In this document: in pieces, positions 51,107 through 60,222 of the stretch
Numbering within the stretch: position 1 is the first letter of the stretch
Layout: each line of letters opens with the position of its first letter
From: Terriglobia bacterium
GTDB lineage: Bacteria > Acidobacteriota > Terriglobia > 20CM-2-55-15
Assembly: GCA_963664115.2 (NCBI GenBank)
Contig: CAXWPJ010000010.1
Coordinates: forward strand, 384,001 to 448,000
Length of the DNA stretch: 64,000 bases
Direction: 5' to 3'
Notes under the pieces: model-generated
What the model saw: the letters and a program-made list of their open reading frames with translations, nothing else
Told to the model about the DNA's origin: nothing
Databases searched by the model: none
Program-made: the position numbers and the translations under genes

Positions 51107-51859
51107 TTAAGCCCCGGGAAAGGTCGGTGGATTTTCGTGATCGGCGCCAGGCAACGACAGCATGTGTGGCGCATCCACTTCGTTATCCGCACAACGCGCC
51201 GGCAACAGGCGTGGAAAGTCGACCCGAGCCATGGCCAGCTGATACGTCCAGGGTTTCGTGAAGAACTCCGGGTCTTCCACGGTCACGGTCCAATTAAATG
51301 TGTCCGGTCCGGTCTTGTCGAAACGCTCGACCAGGTGCAATTGCTCACTGTGCATCAGGCCGCCCCGATCCAGCCAGGTCTCGGGTCGCATCCCGAACGT
51401 ATCCAAAACCAGGGTATCGCCCTCCCATCGGCCGGTCGTATGTCCCATCCACGACGGATATTCCAATAGGTCATCGGGATGTTCAGCATCCATGTAGGCG
51501 ATGCGATGGTCAATGTGCTCCATTACAAACGCAACCACATCCTCACCCATCACGATCATGTACGGGTTAGAAGCGGCCATCGCGCGGTTGGGGCCATAGG
51601 GCTGGCAAGTATTTCCGAGGAAGTTTCCATGGTCGACGGCCAGATACCTTTCCTCGCCGTACTCTGTGAGAGAAATCTCCTCTCCTGGAAGCAAAAACTG
51701 GGTGAGGTCGGCGGTGAAATACTGCCAGATGCCATTAAAATCCCTAGCATCAGACTGGGCTTCCGTTGCGTCACCACCTGTCGCGGGCTGTCCCGCGCAA
51801 GAAGCAACGATCAGGACCAGCGCACTCCACATAACTAATTTCAGGGCAGGTTTGCTCAT
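51107..51859 (-). CDS. Lipoprotein (DUF6152-associated family)
   Basis: Lipobox VASC, DFNGIW, CQPYGP, GHTTGRWEGDTLVLDT, VEDPEFFTKPW. Confidence 0.8.
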   Translation of the reverse strand: MSKPALKLVMWSALVLIVASCAGQPATGGDATEAQSDARDFNGIWQYFTADLTQFLLPGEEISLTEYGEERYLAVDHGNFLGNTCQPYGPNRAMAASNPYMIVMGEDVVAFVMEHIDHRIAYMDAEHPDDLLEYPSWMGHTTGRWEGDTLVLDTFGMRPETWLDRGGLMHSEQLHLVERFDKTGPDTFNWTVTVEDPEFFTKPWTYQLAMARVDFPRLLPARCADNEVDAPHMLSLPGADHENPPTFPGA

Positions 51860-52024
51860 CGTGATCCTCCGTTCCGGATACTGACCCAGACCGCCTAGCG
51901 GCCCGGGACTGTTCTCGAAACAACTCCAAGGGATGCCGTCACAGGTGAAAACACAACTCACCTGTGACGAAAACGTGTGGGCGCGAGCCTCGTCGGCTGG
52001 TTCAGGACGTCTCTAGGGAGTACC

Positions 52025-52417
52025 CTAGTTTCTTCCGCTAAAAAGCTGCCGCCCATCTTCCATTGTTACGGATCCAAGGTGCACCCTCGGCGATCCGTTT
52101 CTGGATGGAGCTGCTCCTTCTATCGTGACGACGGATCCGATCGGCAAGACATCCTTTCGCCATCCCCGACGGTAGAGGCTGTTGGGTGTGCCCCCTTCGA
52201 CCGCATAGTTCACGACATTGCCGTTTTCGTCCGTCACATCAATGTAGAAGTGAATGTGGGGATTCATCCATTCCATTTTCGTGACTGTGCCGGTCATGCT
52301 GACCTCAGCATCATCTGCCACGTTATAAACAGTAGCGGCATTGTGGTGGGCGAAAAGAGGGAGGCTCATCAAGACGACTCCCAAACCCAATACCAGAGAA
52401 ATACGTACACTCGACAT
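52025..52417 (-). CDS. DUF6152-family secreted protein
   Basis: AHH, GTVTKMEWMNPH, PNSLYRRGW. Confidence 0.82.
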   Translation of the reverse strand: MSSVRISLVLGLGVVLMSLPLFAHHNAATVYNVADDAEVSMTGTVTKMEWMNPHIHFYIDVTDENGNVVNYAVEGGTPNSLYRRGWRKDVLPIGSVVTIEGAAPSRNGSPRVHLGSVTMEDGRQLFSGRN

Positions 52418-52576
52418 CGTAAACACCTCCTGCTGCGGTCAAGTCCCTAAGTGAATAAGCCAAGATTATTACGTGGCCAATATTAAGTGTCAAGCATCAT
52501 GAGTACGTGATGGGCCGAACAGCACGATGGTGTCTGACGTAACCTGGGCGAGCGACCGCGGGGTTCGCCACCTCGA

Positions 52577-55009
52577 TCAGAACTGAAATCTCATTCCGAC
52601 CTCGATTTGCCGCGGTGAGGTCGCGTTGAAAGACCTTCCGAAGAAGGGAGACCTCAGGACACCGCTGGGTGTTCCCAAGTGCGTCATGTTGAAGGCGTTG
52701 CTGAGATTTGCAAAGACATTCATTCTGGGTCCGGCGCCTGCAGCGCCCGAGGCGTCGCCTCTGAATTCAATGGCTTTCGAGACGTTGAAGCTGACATCGA
52801 AATAATTCGGTCCGAGTTCGCTGTTCTTGACGACCCCTTCAGGCCGGTCGTTACTTACGCCATCGCCGTTGTCATCCCGACCCGTGGTAATCGTATATCG
52901 CCTGCCGCTACGTGCCCCGACGACCGTGGTCAGGTACACGTCGAGCGGCAACCGCGAATTGACGCTCACATTGAACGTATGCGAGGGGTTGTTGGTCCGT
53001 CCCCACTCCTTCCAAACATTGCGGCTATCGACCGGCAAGCTCAGGCCCGTGCTCGGCTGATCGTGGAGTCCGTGGTAATACATATAGTCCGCGGTGACAT
53101 TGAAGACGCTGATACGCTGCCGCATGGTGGCCTTGAAATGCTGATGGGTCGACAGGCCGCCTTCGAGTTGGACAATCTGGCCTTCGTCGGGAAAGGGCCG
53201 GAGGCCCGTTTCAGGAAACGGCGCGTTCAAGTCCCGGACACGCTGGGCTTTGATTCCACGGCTCCTGTCGTAGGCTACCGTGACGAAAATATTATGGGGC
53301 AGGCTCTGCTCCAGTTGCAGTTGTACCACTGCGAAATACGAGTTTCTCAAATCAGGCGCAATCTGGTTGCGGGACGGGGGCCTGATGCTGCCTGATGAGA
53401 ACGGGTCGGGCCAACCCGGGTTGTCGATCTGGATCTCGTACCGCCGTTGTCCATCCAGCTTGCTGTACGTCTTCAAAGTGCGAAAATTCCACGGGTTCGT
53501 GAAGATAGCCCCACCGCCGCGGATAACCGTCGAGTTGCCGATCGCGTATGCAAAACCGATGCGTGGATCCACGTTATTCCGGTCGGAGATGCTGGTTTGC
53601 ACGAAATAACGTATGCCCAGCATCAGCGTGAAGGTCGGCGTGAGCTTGAAATCGTTCTGGGAGAAAAAAACAAGGTGCGTGTCGCTGATGTTAAACGAGG
53701 GTTCGCAGCATTTGATCCGGTACTTCAGCGGTGTTCCGGCCCGGTAGCTTTCCAGATCCGAAAACGTGAATTCGCCAAAGAAATTGTCTTCCGAAACCGA
53801 ATGTTCGCTCCGGTGCCAACCTCGAAATCCGCTTCGCATCGTCAGGTTTTCACCGGCATAGTAAATCAGGTTGTTCAGTTCGTAGTCGTTTCCGTTGATC
53901 AGGTCCCGGTTCTGTGAGCCCCCTCCGGTGAAGGCGTCCTTGACAACAATCCCCAGGGCATTGCTTAGGGGAGTGGTTTCGCTGCGATCTTTCCGCCAGA
54001 TGAAGTGGAGATCGTGCACGGTGCGCTCGGAAAGAATGGAGACTGCGCGAAGATCGACGACATGGTCTTGGGTCTCAGTGTGGGAAGCGCGTTCGGGCAG
54101 GCTGAAATTGCCCACGTTATCGTTCTCGATGTCATGGGTGGCGTACTGGAAACGCATGTGCAGTGAATGTGCGTCCGCAATCTGCAGCACGCCCCGGGTG
54201 TCGTAGGACCGGAACAACACGGGCCGGGTGACGCCGAGCGAAAAAGGCCCGTCCGGTGTTTCGGCCTTGACCGTGCCGACATTTTCCCGTCTGTTGTCCC
54301 TGAGGGCGAAGTTCAATGAGAGGCGATCTTGAATGACGGGACCGCTGATGTCGCCGTTGAGGGTCCGTTCATAGTAGGGCGGTTTATTGACCGCGAAGGG
54401 ATTTCGGGCGTTCAGGGCCTCGTCCTGGAAGGTTGCCGCGAAATTGCCGTGAAAGGCGCCGACACCGCCGCGCTCGATTACTTCGGTTCTCGCGCCGCCT
54501 TCATGCAGGCCCCCGGATCCGTTAGCGGTGGCGGTTTCGACATTAAACGGGTTATTCGTCACGCGGATCTGTTGGATGCGTCCGCTCCCTGCACTCCCAT
54601 CCCCGGAATCCCCCACATAAAATGCCACGTCCTGTTCACTCTGGTAGTTCTCCCAGGCGCGTCTCTGCGCCGGGGTCATGTAAGCAGGAAGCTTGCTATT
54701 CAACGCGTCATACATAAACCGGATGCCGGCCAGGGCCTGATCCTGCTGCTCGCCCTGCGGCGGTCCCTGGCTGAAATCCCAGGTTGCGCCAAACAGGTTT
54801 TCCGCAGCCTGACGCTCCACTTCGATGAGCAGTGCCAACTGCCTTTCCTGATCTGATGTGAGAGGCACCTGCGCATCCGCCAATGCCTCGGTCACCTGGT
54901 CTTTCAGCTCGTCGATGGGATTGCGGGCGGTCAGTTGCCCAAAGGCAGCGGTGGCGAACAAGATACAAATCAAGGCAGGACGCATCACGTTCATGCTAGC
55001 ACGCCCCAT
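52577..55009 (-). CDS. Oar-type TonB-dependent receptor-like outer-membrane protein
   Basis: IQQIRVTNNPF, DEALNARNPF, DPRIGFAY, C-terminal MRFQF; paralog of 48235-50880. Confidence 0.85.
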   Translation of the reverse strand: MGRASMNVMRPALICILFATAAFGQLTARNPIDELKDQVTEALADAQVPLTSDQERQLALLIEVERQAAENLFGATWDFSQGPPQGEQQDQALAGIRFMYDALNSKLPAYMTPAQRRAWENYQSEQDVAFYVGDSGDGSAGSGRIQQIRVTNNPFNVETATANGSGGLHEGGARTEVIERGGVGAFHGNFAATFQDEALNARNPFAVNKPPYYERTLNGDISGPVIQDRLSLNFALRDNRRENVGTVKAETPDGPFSLGVTRPVLFRSYDTRGVLQIADAHSLHMRFQYATHDIENDNVGNFSLPERASHTETQDHVVDLRAVSILSERTVHDLHFIWRKDRSETTPLSNALGIVVKDAFTGGGSQNRDLINGNDYELNNLIYYAGENLTMRSGFRGWHRSEHSVSEDNFFGEFTFSDLESYRAGTPLKYRIKCCEPSFNISDTHLVFFSQNDFKLTPTFTLMLGIRYFVQTSISDRNNVDPRIGFAYAIGNSTVIRGGGAIFTNPWNFRTLKTYSKLDGQRRYEIQIDNPGWPDPFSSGSIRPPSRNQIAPDLRNSYFAVVQLQLEQSLPHNIFVTVAYDRSRGIKAQRVRDLNAPFPETGLRPFPDEGQIVQLEGGLSTHQHFKATMRQRISVFNVTADYMYYHGLHDQPSTGLSLPVDSRNVWKEWGRTNNPSHTFNVSVNSRLPLDVYLTTVVGARSGRRYTITTGRDDNGDGVSNDRPEGVVKNSELGPNYFDVSFNVSKAIEFRGDASGAAGAGPRMNVFANLSNAFNMTHLGTPSGVLRSPFFGRSFNATSPRQIEVGMRFQF

Positions 55010-55390
55010 TACGCGGGTCTTGAGAGAAAAGATAGACGCGTCTGGGACTATTTGGATTTCTAAAGTATTGGATTAAAACATATTGCGATCGAATGCAGAT
55101 TCAATCAGAATTCGATCCTGATTCCACCTTTTCAAACCAGTTTAGCAGCCCGTGAACCCTGGGTCTCAAGCAGATACTCCAGGATTGCCTGACGGATTTC
55201 GGGCATCGGTTTCTCCATGCCCTGTTCCTCGACCATTTCACCGATCACCCGGTTCCACTGGGACAGCGTCAATTGAGGCGTCGCATCGTGATCGACGTGT
55301 ACCTTGGAATGGGCTGGACAAATCCGGGTAAATATTACTAGGGGCAGGGGTTATAAGCACGGAAGATGTTGCATCCTGCTGTCGATATCA

Positions 55391-55500
55391 TAGGATTTAT
55401 CAGGATCTGAGAGTTTGATTGCACCTAACTCCCTCCCTGAGTATTCTTTAGCGAGTTGTTGCGTTGGTTTCGCAACACACACAACGATGCAATTCGGCTC
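55391..55500 (+). promoter_or_regulatory. Inverted array half-site plus conserved promoter block
   Basis: TTATCAGGATCTGAGA, then TTGCAC-17 bp-TATTCT and ACACAACGATG (MQFGSQ, weakly kinase-start-like). Confidence 0.65.
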
Positions 55501-55570
55501 GCAACATTTATTTGTCGCGATGGACAAGCTGGTAGCTTGTGAATCACGAATGCTGATAGGAGGGTTATCG

Positions 55571-56056
55571 ATGCGCGGTCTTTTCTTGTTTGTCGTGGGA
55601 ATTATGGTCGGTCTGGCCGTTCAGTCTGCTGTTGCCCAGAACCAGAACAGCGGAATTGTGGGCCTGAATCATGTCGCACTCAGCGTCCCGGACATTGACG
55701 CTGCTGTGGAGCACTACACCGGGACGATGGGATTTCCTGAGGCGTTTCGGGTCACGGACGAAAACGGACAGGTCAGGCTGGTTTATGTCCAGATCAGTCG
55801 AAACACCTTCGTGGAGCTGCAACCGGCCAACCCGAACAGGCCACCGGGGATAAATCATTTGGGCCTGCACGTCGAGAATATGGGCGCGGCCACTGAGATG
55901 TTCAAACAGCGGGGAGCGAATGTCAGTGAGATTCGTAACAGCGACACCGGAGCCATCCTGTCGAACATCCTCGACCCCAACGGCGTCCGCATCGAGCTCG
56001 CCGAGTTGCCCCCCGAGTCGCTGCACCGGCAGGCGATGGAACGCTGGAATAGGTAA
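55571..56056 (+). CDS. Secreted VOC/glyoxalase-family protein
   Basis: LNHVALSV, FVEL, INHLGLHV, DPNGVRIEL; signal peptide. Confidence 0.88.
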   Translation: MRGLFLFVVGIMVGLAVQSAVAQNQNSGIVGLNHVALSVPDIDAAVEHYTGTMGFPEAFRVTDENGQVRLVYVQISRNTFVELQPANPNRPPGINHLGLHVENMGAATEMFKQRGANVSEIRNSDTGAILSNILDPNGVRIELAELPPESLHRQAMERWNR

Positions 56057-56272
56057 GCGCAAGAGCGGTTGAGCGAGGAATGCAGCGAGACAAGCGGTCT
56101 CTGAAAAAACCAGGGATCGCCTTATCGCGTCGTGCCTGTCCAAGCGACTGGCAGACAGGAAAAAACTCGCCCCGACAGGCGTGCCGTTATAACATGTGCC
56201 TATTCCAGTCTGTAGATCCAAGGGGACCCATGATTCCGGATACGACGGGATGAGGGTTTGGGAGAATCAACG

Positions 56273-56917
56273 ATGCGCCTGATTCCAGTTATTGCAGTTG
56301 TGCTAAGCCTGTTTGTTCAGTGCCCTTCCTTTGCGCAGGGGTGGATTAATTATTCCAATCAGGAAGATTTCTTCACGGTCAATTTCCCGGGTGAACCTGA
56401 AGTGGCTGACATCACCTACGACACGGAGTATTTCATCACCTTACCGGGGCGCGTCTATAGCCACGAGGATAGCGGGAGCCGCTATTCGGTCACCGTCATT
56501 GACTACACGGATGCCGCCCAAAGGCACACAGAGCTAGTGGATAGCTGCCGAGCCCGGGGAGGAGATGGGGACAGTTGCGCTAACCGTTTGGCGACGGATT
56601 TGCAGGGAGCGATCATCTATGCGTCGTGGGACTTTTTGAAGAGAGACGACGCCGACTTAACGCATTTTGTATACACACAGGCGGACCGTGTTGCAGGCCA
56701 TGCCCTGCAGTTCGACAACGCCGATGGAACCCGTACGTACGTGGCTATCCATATGCACGAAGACCGTCTCTATATCCTGGATGGAACCGTGTCCGTGAAT
56801 TCAGTACCGCCGTCCTTGTTCCAGCAATCCATGGGATTCCTTGACGCGGAGGGGAATTCGATTCGATATGATTCCGCCTATACCAACGGATATCCACCAC
56901 CCAGGCGTGCCAGATGA
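56273..56917 (+). CDS. Secreted hypothetical protein
   Basis: Signal peptide, FTVNFPGEP, RLYIL, FQQSM. Confidence 0.75.
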   Translation: MRLIPVIAVVLSLFVQCPSFAQGWINYSNQEDFFTVNFPGEPEVADITYDTEYFITLPGRVYSHEDSGSRYSVTVIDYTDAAQRHTELVDSCRARGGDGDSCANRLATDLQGAIIYASWDFLKRDDADLTHFVYTQADRVAGHALQFDNADGTRTYVAIHMHEDRLYILDGTVSVNSVPPSLFQQSMGFLDAEGNSIRYDSAYTNGYPPPRRAR

Positions 56918-56982
56918 CCGCCCGTGGGTGACTCGATATGGAAAATCGTTCAACCGTTTCTTTCGATTCTAGAGAGGTGAGC

Positions 56983-57375
56983 ATGCAGTTCAAATCCTTT
57001 AGCCTGGCTATCATTTGTGTGGTTGCCCTGGCCGTGCCGGTTCTGGCACACCACTCCCACGGCAACTACGACGCATCGACGTGGACCATGTATGAGGGTA
57101 CGGTCAGAGAAGTGCACTTGATCCGTCCGCACTCCTGGATTTACATGGATATCGAGGACGACCGAGGTCAGAGCGTCCTGTGGGCTATGGAGGCCGCCGG
57201 TCCCAACAGAATCCAAGGAAACGGAGTCAACTCCGACGACATCAAACCCGGAGATACGATCCAGGTGCGATGCCATCGCCAGAGGGACGGCGGTCCCGGC
57301 TGTCTCTTAGGGTTTGTCACACCTCTACATGGGGATGCGGCACGTGGCCACGGCGTCGAGATGTTGTGGGACTAG
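56983..57375 (+). CDS. DUF6152-family secreted protein
   Basis: AHHSH, GTVREVHLIRPH, IKPGD. Confidence 0.8.
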   Translation: MQFKSFSLAIICVVALAVPVLAHHSHGNYDASTWTMYEGTVREVHLIRPHSWIYMDIEDDRGQSVLWAMEAAGPNRIQGNGVNSDDIKPGDTIQVRCHRQRDGGPGCLLGFVTPLHGDAARGHGVEMLWD

Positions 57376-57387
57376 CAAGGAGGTAAT

Positions 57388-57879
57388 GTGCTTCCAACGC
57401 TACGGGCTCTGGCGGTACTCGGAATTTTAACGACGCTGTCCCCCTTCGCGAATGCCCAGGGTGTAGTGATGCAGCGCAACCTGTCGCTGGAGATGGCAAA
57501 AACGATCGCCGAAGCCACCCTGGCGGAATGCCAATCCCGGGGCTTCAACACGTCCGTGGCCGTTGTAGACCGCGCCGGCCAGCCGATGGTGATGCTGCGT
57601 CCCGAAGCAGCGACGGCGCAAACGTTGGAAATGGCGCGGCGCAAGGCCTATACGGCGCGCATGTTCCGCAGAACGACTCTGGAATTTCAAGCCCGTACCG
57701 AAGACCCCGCCCGGGCCCCCCAACGCCAGATCTTCGACATCCTCGCCCTCGGCGGTGGCGTACCAATCCAGGTGGGCGACGACACGATCGGAGCGGTCGG
57801 CAGTGCGGGGTCCAACCAGGAGACAGACGATGCCTGCGCGAAGGCGGGGGTCGACAGTGTGCGAGACCTTTTGAGATAG
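57388..57879 (+). CDS. Secreted GlcG/HbpS-family heme-binding protein
   Basis: VAVVDRAG, ARRKAYTA, GGGVPI, GAVGSAG, DDACA. Confidence 0.9.
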   Translation: MLPTLRALAVLGILTTLSPFANAQGVVMQRNLSLEMAKTIAEATLAECQSRGFNTSVAVVDRAGQPMVMLRPEAATAQTLEMARRKAYTARMFRRTTLEFQARTEDPARAPQRQIFDILALGGGVPIQVGDDTIGAVGSAGSNQETDDACAKAGVDSVRDLLR

Positions 57880-57946
57880 AGATAGAAGCGCGGACTCCGT
57901 TGTAGGGTTGTCCATAATCAAGCGAATTCTGCAGGAGGGAAGTGAA

Positions 57947-59824
57947 GTGAAGAAGTCCAACAAGAGCAGTGCCAGCAAGAGCAGTGAAGGTGGGGTAGGG
58001 CGACGCAATTTTCTCAAGAACGCCGCCGGCGGTGCCATGGCCGCGGGTGCGGCGGCCTTGGTCGCAAAGCCGGTTGCGTCTGCGGCGGAAGCTGCGGCCC
58101 CCGAGCCATCGCCTGTCGTGCAGGTGAATTCGAACCAGAAGTATGGTTCCGATTTCATGGTGGACGTGCTCAAGTCCCTTGGAGTCGAGTACTGCGCCGC
58201 GAATACTTCCGCCAACTTCCTCGGCCTTCACGAGTCCATCATCAACTACGGTGGGAACCAGGGTCCGGAGTGGTTGACGGCATGCCACGAGGAGCATTCC
58301 GTTGCGATGGCCCAGGGCTACTTCAAGATCGAAGGCAAGCCGATGATGATCCTTGCCGATGCCACAGTAGGGTTGATGCACGCTTCGATGGCGGTCTACA
58401 ACGCATATGCTGATCGGGTCCCGGTTCTCCTTTTTCTGGGCAACAAACTCGATGTTACCGAGCGTGGAGGCTTCACAGGCGGTGCCCACGCCGCTCAGGA
58501 TCCTGCGGGCCTGGTTCGCGACTTCACTAAGTGGGACGACTCTCCGGTCTCACTCCAGCACTTTGCGGAGTCTGCGGTCCGGGCGTATCAGATTGCCATG
58601 ACGCCGCCCCAGGAGCCGGTGGCCATCCTGGTTGAATCGGTACTTGCGGATGCGGTGGCTCCGGAAGGCCTGAGAATTCCCAAATTAACACTCAACGCCC
58701 CACCGGCGGGCGATGCGCCGGCGGTGAAAGAAGCAGCGCGCATGCTGGTGGCCGCGGAAAATCCGCTGATCGTAGCGGGCCGCGTGGCCCGGACCCCCGA
58801 GGGGATCGATCTGCTCGTAGAACTGGCCGATGCCCTGCAGGCGCAGGTCTGGGACCAGCGCCAACGCATGAACTTCCCGACGAACAACCCGCTGTTCACT
58901 CAAAGGGATTCAGGGGCGGATGTAATCCTGGCCCTGGACGTCAGGGACCACTACGCGCTGGGCCACCGTGGAAACGCTAAGACAGACGCTCAAACGATCG
59001 GCATTTCGCCTGTGATTCTGAACCATAAGGCCGTTTATGGAGAGATCGGGCGTTATGCGGAAGCGGACCTGTCGATCCCCGCCGATCCGCAGGCAACCCT
59101 GCCGGCACTGATCGAAGAGGTGAAGCGTTTGACGACGGGTGACCGGAGGCGGGTCTTCGAGGAACGCGGCGCCAGCCACAGGGCGACACACCTTCGGGTG
59201 AAGGAACAGGCGCGCCGCGAAGCTGCGGTCGGATGGAACTCAATTCCCATCAGTACCGCGCGCTTGTCGGCGGAGATGTGGAACGTCATGAAGGACGAAG
59301 ACTGGTCTTTGGTGGGAAAAGATAGCTGGATCAGCTTCTGGCCGACCCGGCTGTGGGACTTTACGAAACCCTATCACTTCATCGGTGAGCAGGGCGCTTC
59401 CGGTATTGGTTATTCCGCGCCGGCCGCCGTCGGAGCTGCCCTGGCCAACAAAAAGTACGGGCGCATCAGCGTCAACATCCAGTGCGACGGCGATCTCAAC
59501 TATGTTTCGAGTGTCCTGTGGACAGCAGTCCATCACCAGATCCCTCTGCTCGAGGTCATGCACAATAACCGCGGATGGCATCAGGAAGTGATGGGTTTGA
59601 CGCGCACATGCGCCAATCGCAATCGAGGCATCGAGAACGCCCACATCGGCACCACGCTCATCGAGCCTCACATTGACTATGCGGGCCTGGCGAGATCCTA
59701 TGGGATGTACGCAGAAGGACCCATCGAAAACGCGAACGATCTCGGCCCCGCGCTCAGGCGCGGCATCCAACGGATAAAGGCCGGCGAGCCGGCGCTGATC
59801 GACGTCGTGACGCAGCCACGCTAG
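57947..59824 (+). CDS. Tat-signal thiamine-diphosphate-dependent enzyme
   Basis: GRRNFLK, CHEEHSV, CDGD...HNN ThDP motif, DVVTQPR. Confidence 0.9.
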   Translation: MKKSNKSSASKSSEGGVGRRNFLKNAAGGAMAAGAAALVAKPVASAAEAAAPEPSPVVQVNSNQKYGSDFMVDVLKSLGVEYCAANTSANFLGLHESIINYGGNQGPEWLTACHEEHSVAMAQGYFKIEGKPMMILADATVGLMHASMAVYNAYADRVPVLLFLGNKLDVTERGGFTGGAHAAQDPAGLVRDFTKWDDSPVSLQHFAESAVRAYQIAMTPPQEPVAILVESVLADAVAPEGLRIPKLTLNAPPAGDAPAVKEAARMLVAAENPLIVAGRVARTPEGIDLLVELADALQAQVWDQRQRMNFPTNNPLFTQRDSGADVILALDVRDHYALGHRGNAKTDAQTIGISPVILNHKAVYGEIGRYAEADLSIPADPQATLPALIEEVKRLTTGDRRRVFEERGASHRATHLRVKEQARREAAVGWNSIPISTARLSAEMWNVMKDEDWSLVGKDSWISFWPTRLWDFTKPYHFIGEQGASGIGYSAPAAVGAALANKKYGRISVNIQCDGDLNYVSSVLWTAVHHQIPLLEVMHNNRGWHQEVMGLTRTCANRNRGIENAHIGTTLIEPHIDYAGLARSYGMYAEGPIENANDLGPALRRGIQRIKAGEPALIDVVTQPR

Positions 59825-59835
59825 GAGAAGAGAAC

Positions 59836-60204
59836 ATGAAGCGCCTAGGATGGATTTGTTTGCCGTTTGCACTCGCGCTCGTCTCGCTGGGATCGGGCGC
59901 CCAGGCCCAGACCCGTGAGGCCGGCGCCGAGGGTGACGCTGTCGCTGGTAAAGAGCTCTTTCTGAAAAATTACTGCTGGTCCTGCCATGGCTATGCAGGC
60001 GCGGGTGCCGTGACTGGGCCGCGACTTGCCCAAACTCCGTATACATCCGAAGGTTTCACTGCTTTTATAAGGAATCCCGTCCGCATGCCGCCTTACAGAG
60101 CCGAGGTGTTGACGGATTCGGAAGCAGCGGACATCTTCGCTTATATTCGAACGTTTCCCCCGCCACCCCCGCTCGAAGACATTCCGCTGCTCGACCTGGA
60201 CTGA
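59836..60204 (+). CDS. Monoheme cytochrome c
   Basis: Signal peptide, CWSCH, MPPY. Confidence 0.9.
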   Translation: MKRLGWICLPFALALVSLGSGAQAQTREAGAEGDAVAGKELFLKNYCWSCHGYAGAGAVTGPRLAQTPYTSEGFTAFIRNPVRMPPYRAEVLTDSEAADIFAYIRTFPPPPPLEDIPLLDLD

Positions 60205-60222
60205 AGGTTCGGGGGCGCTGCG

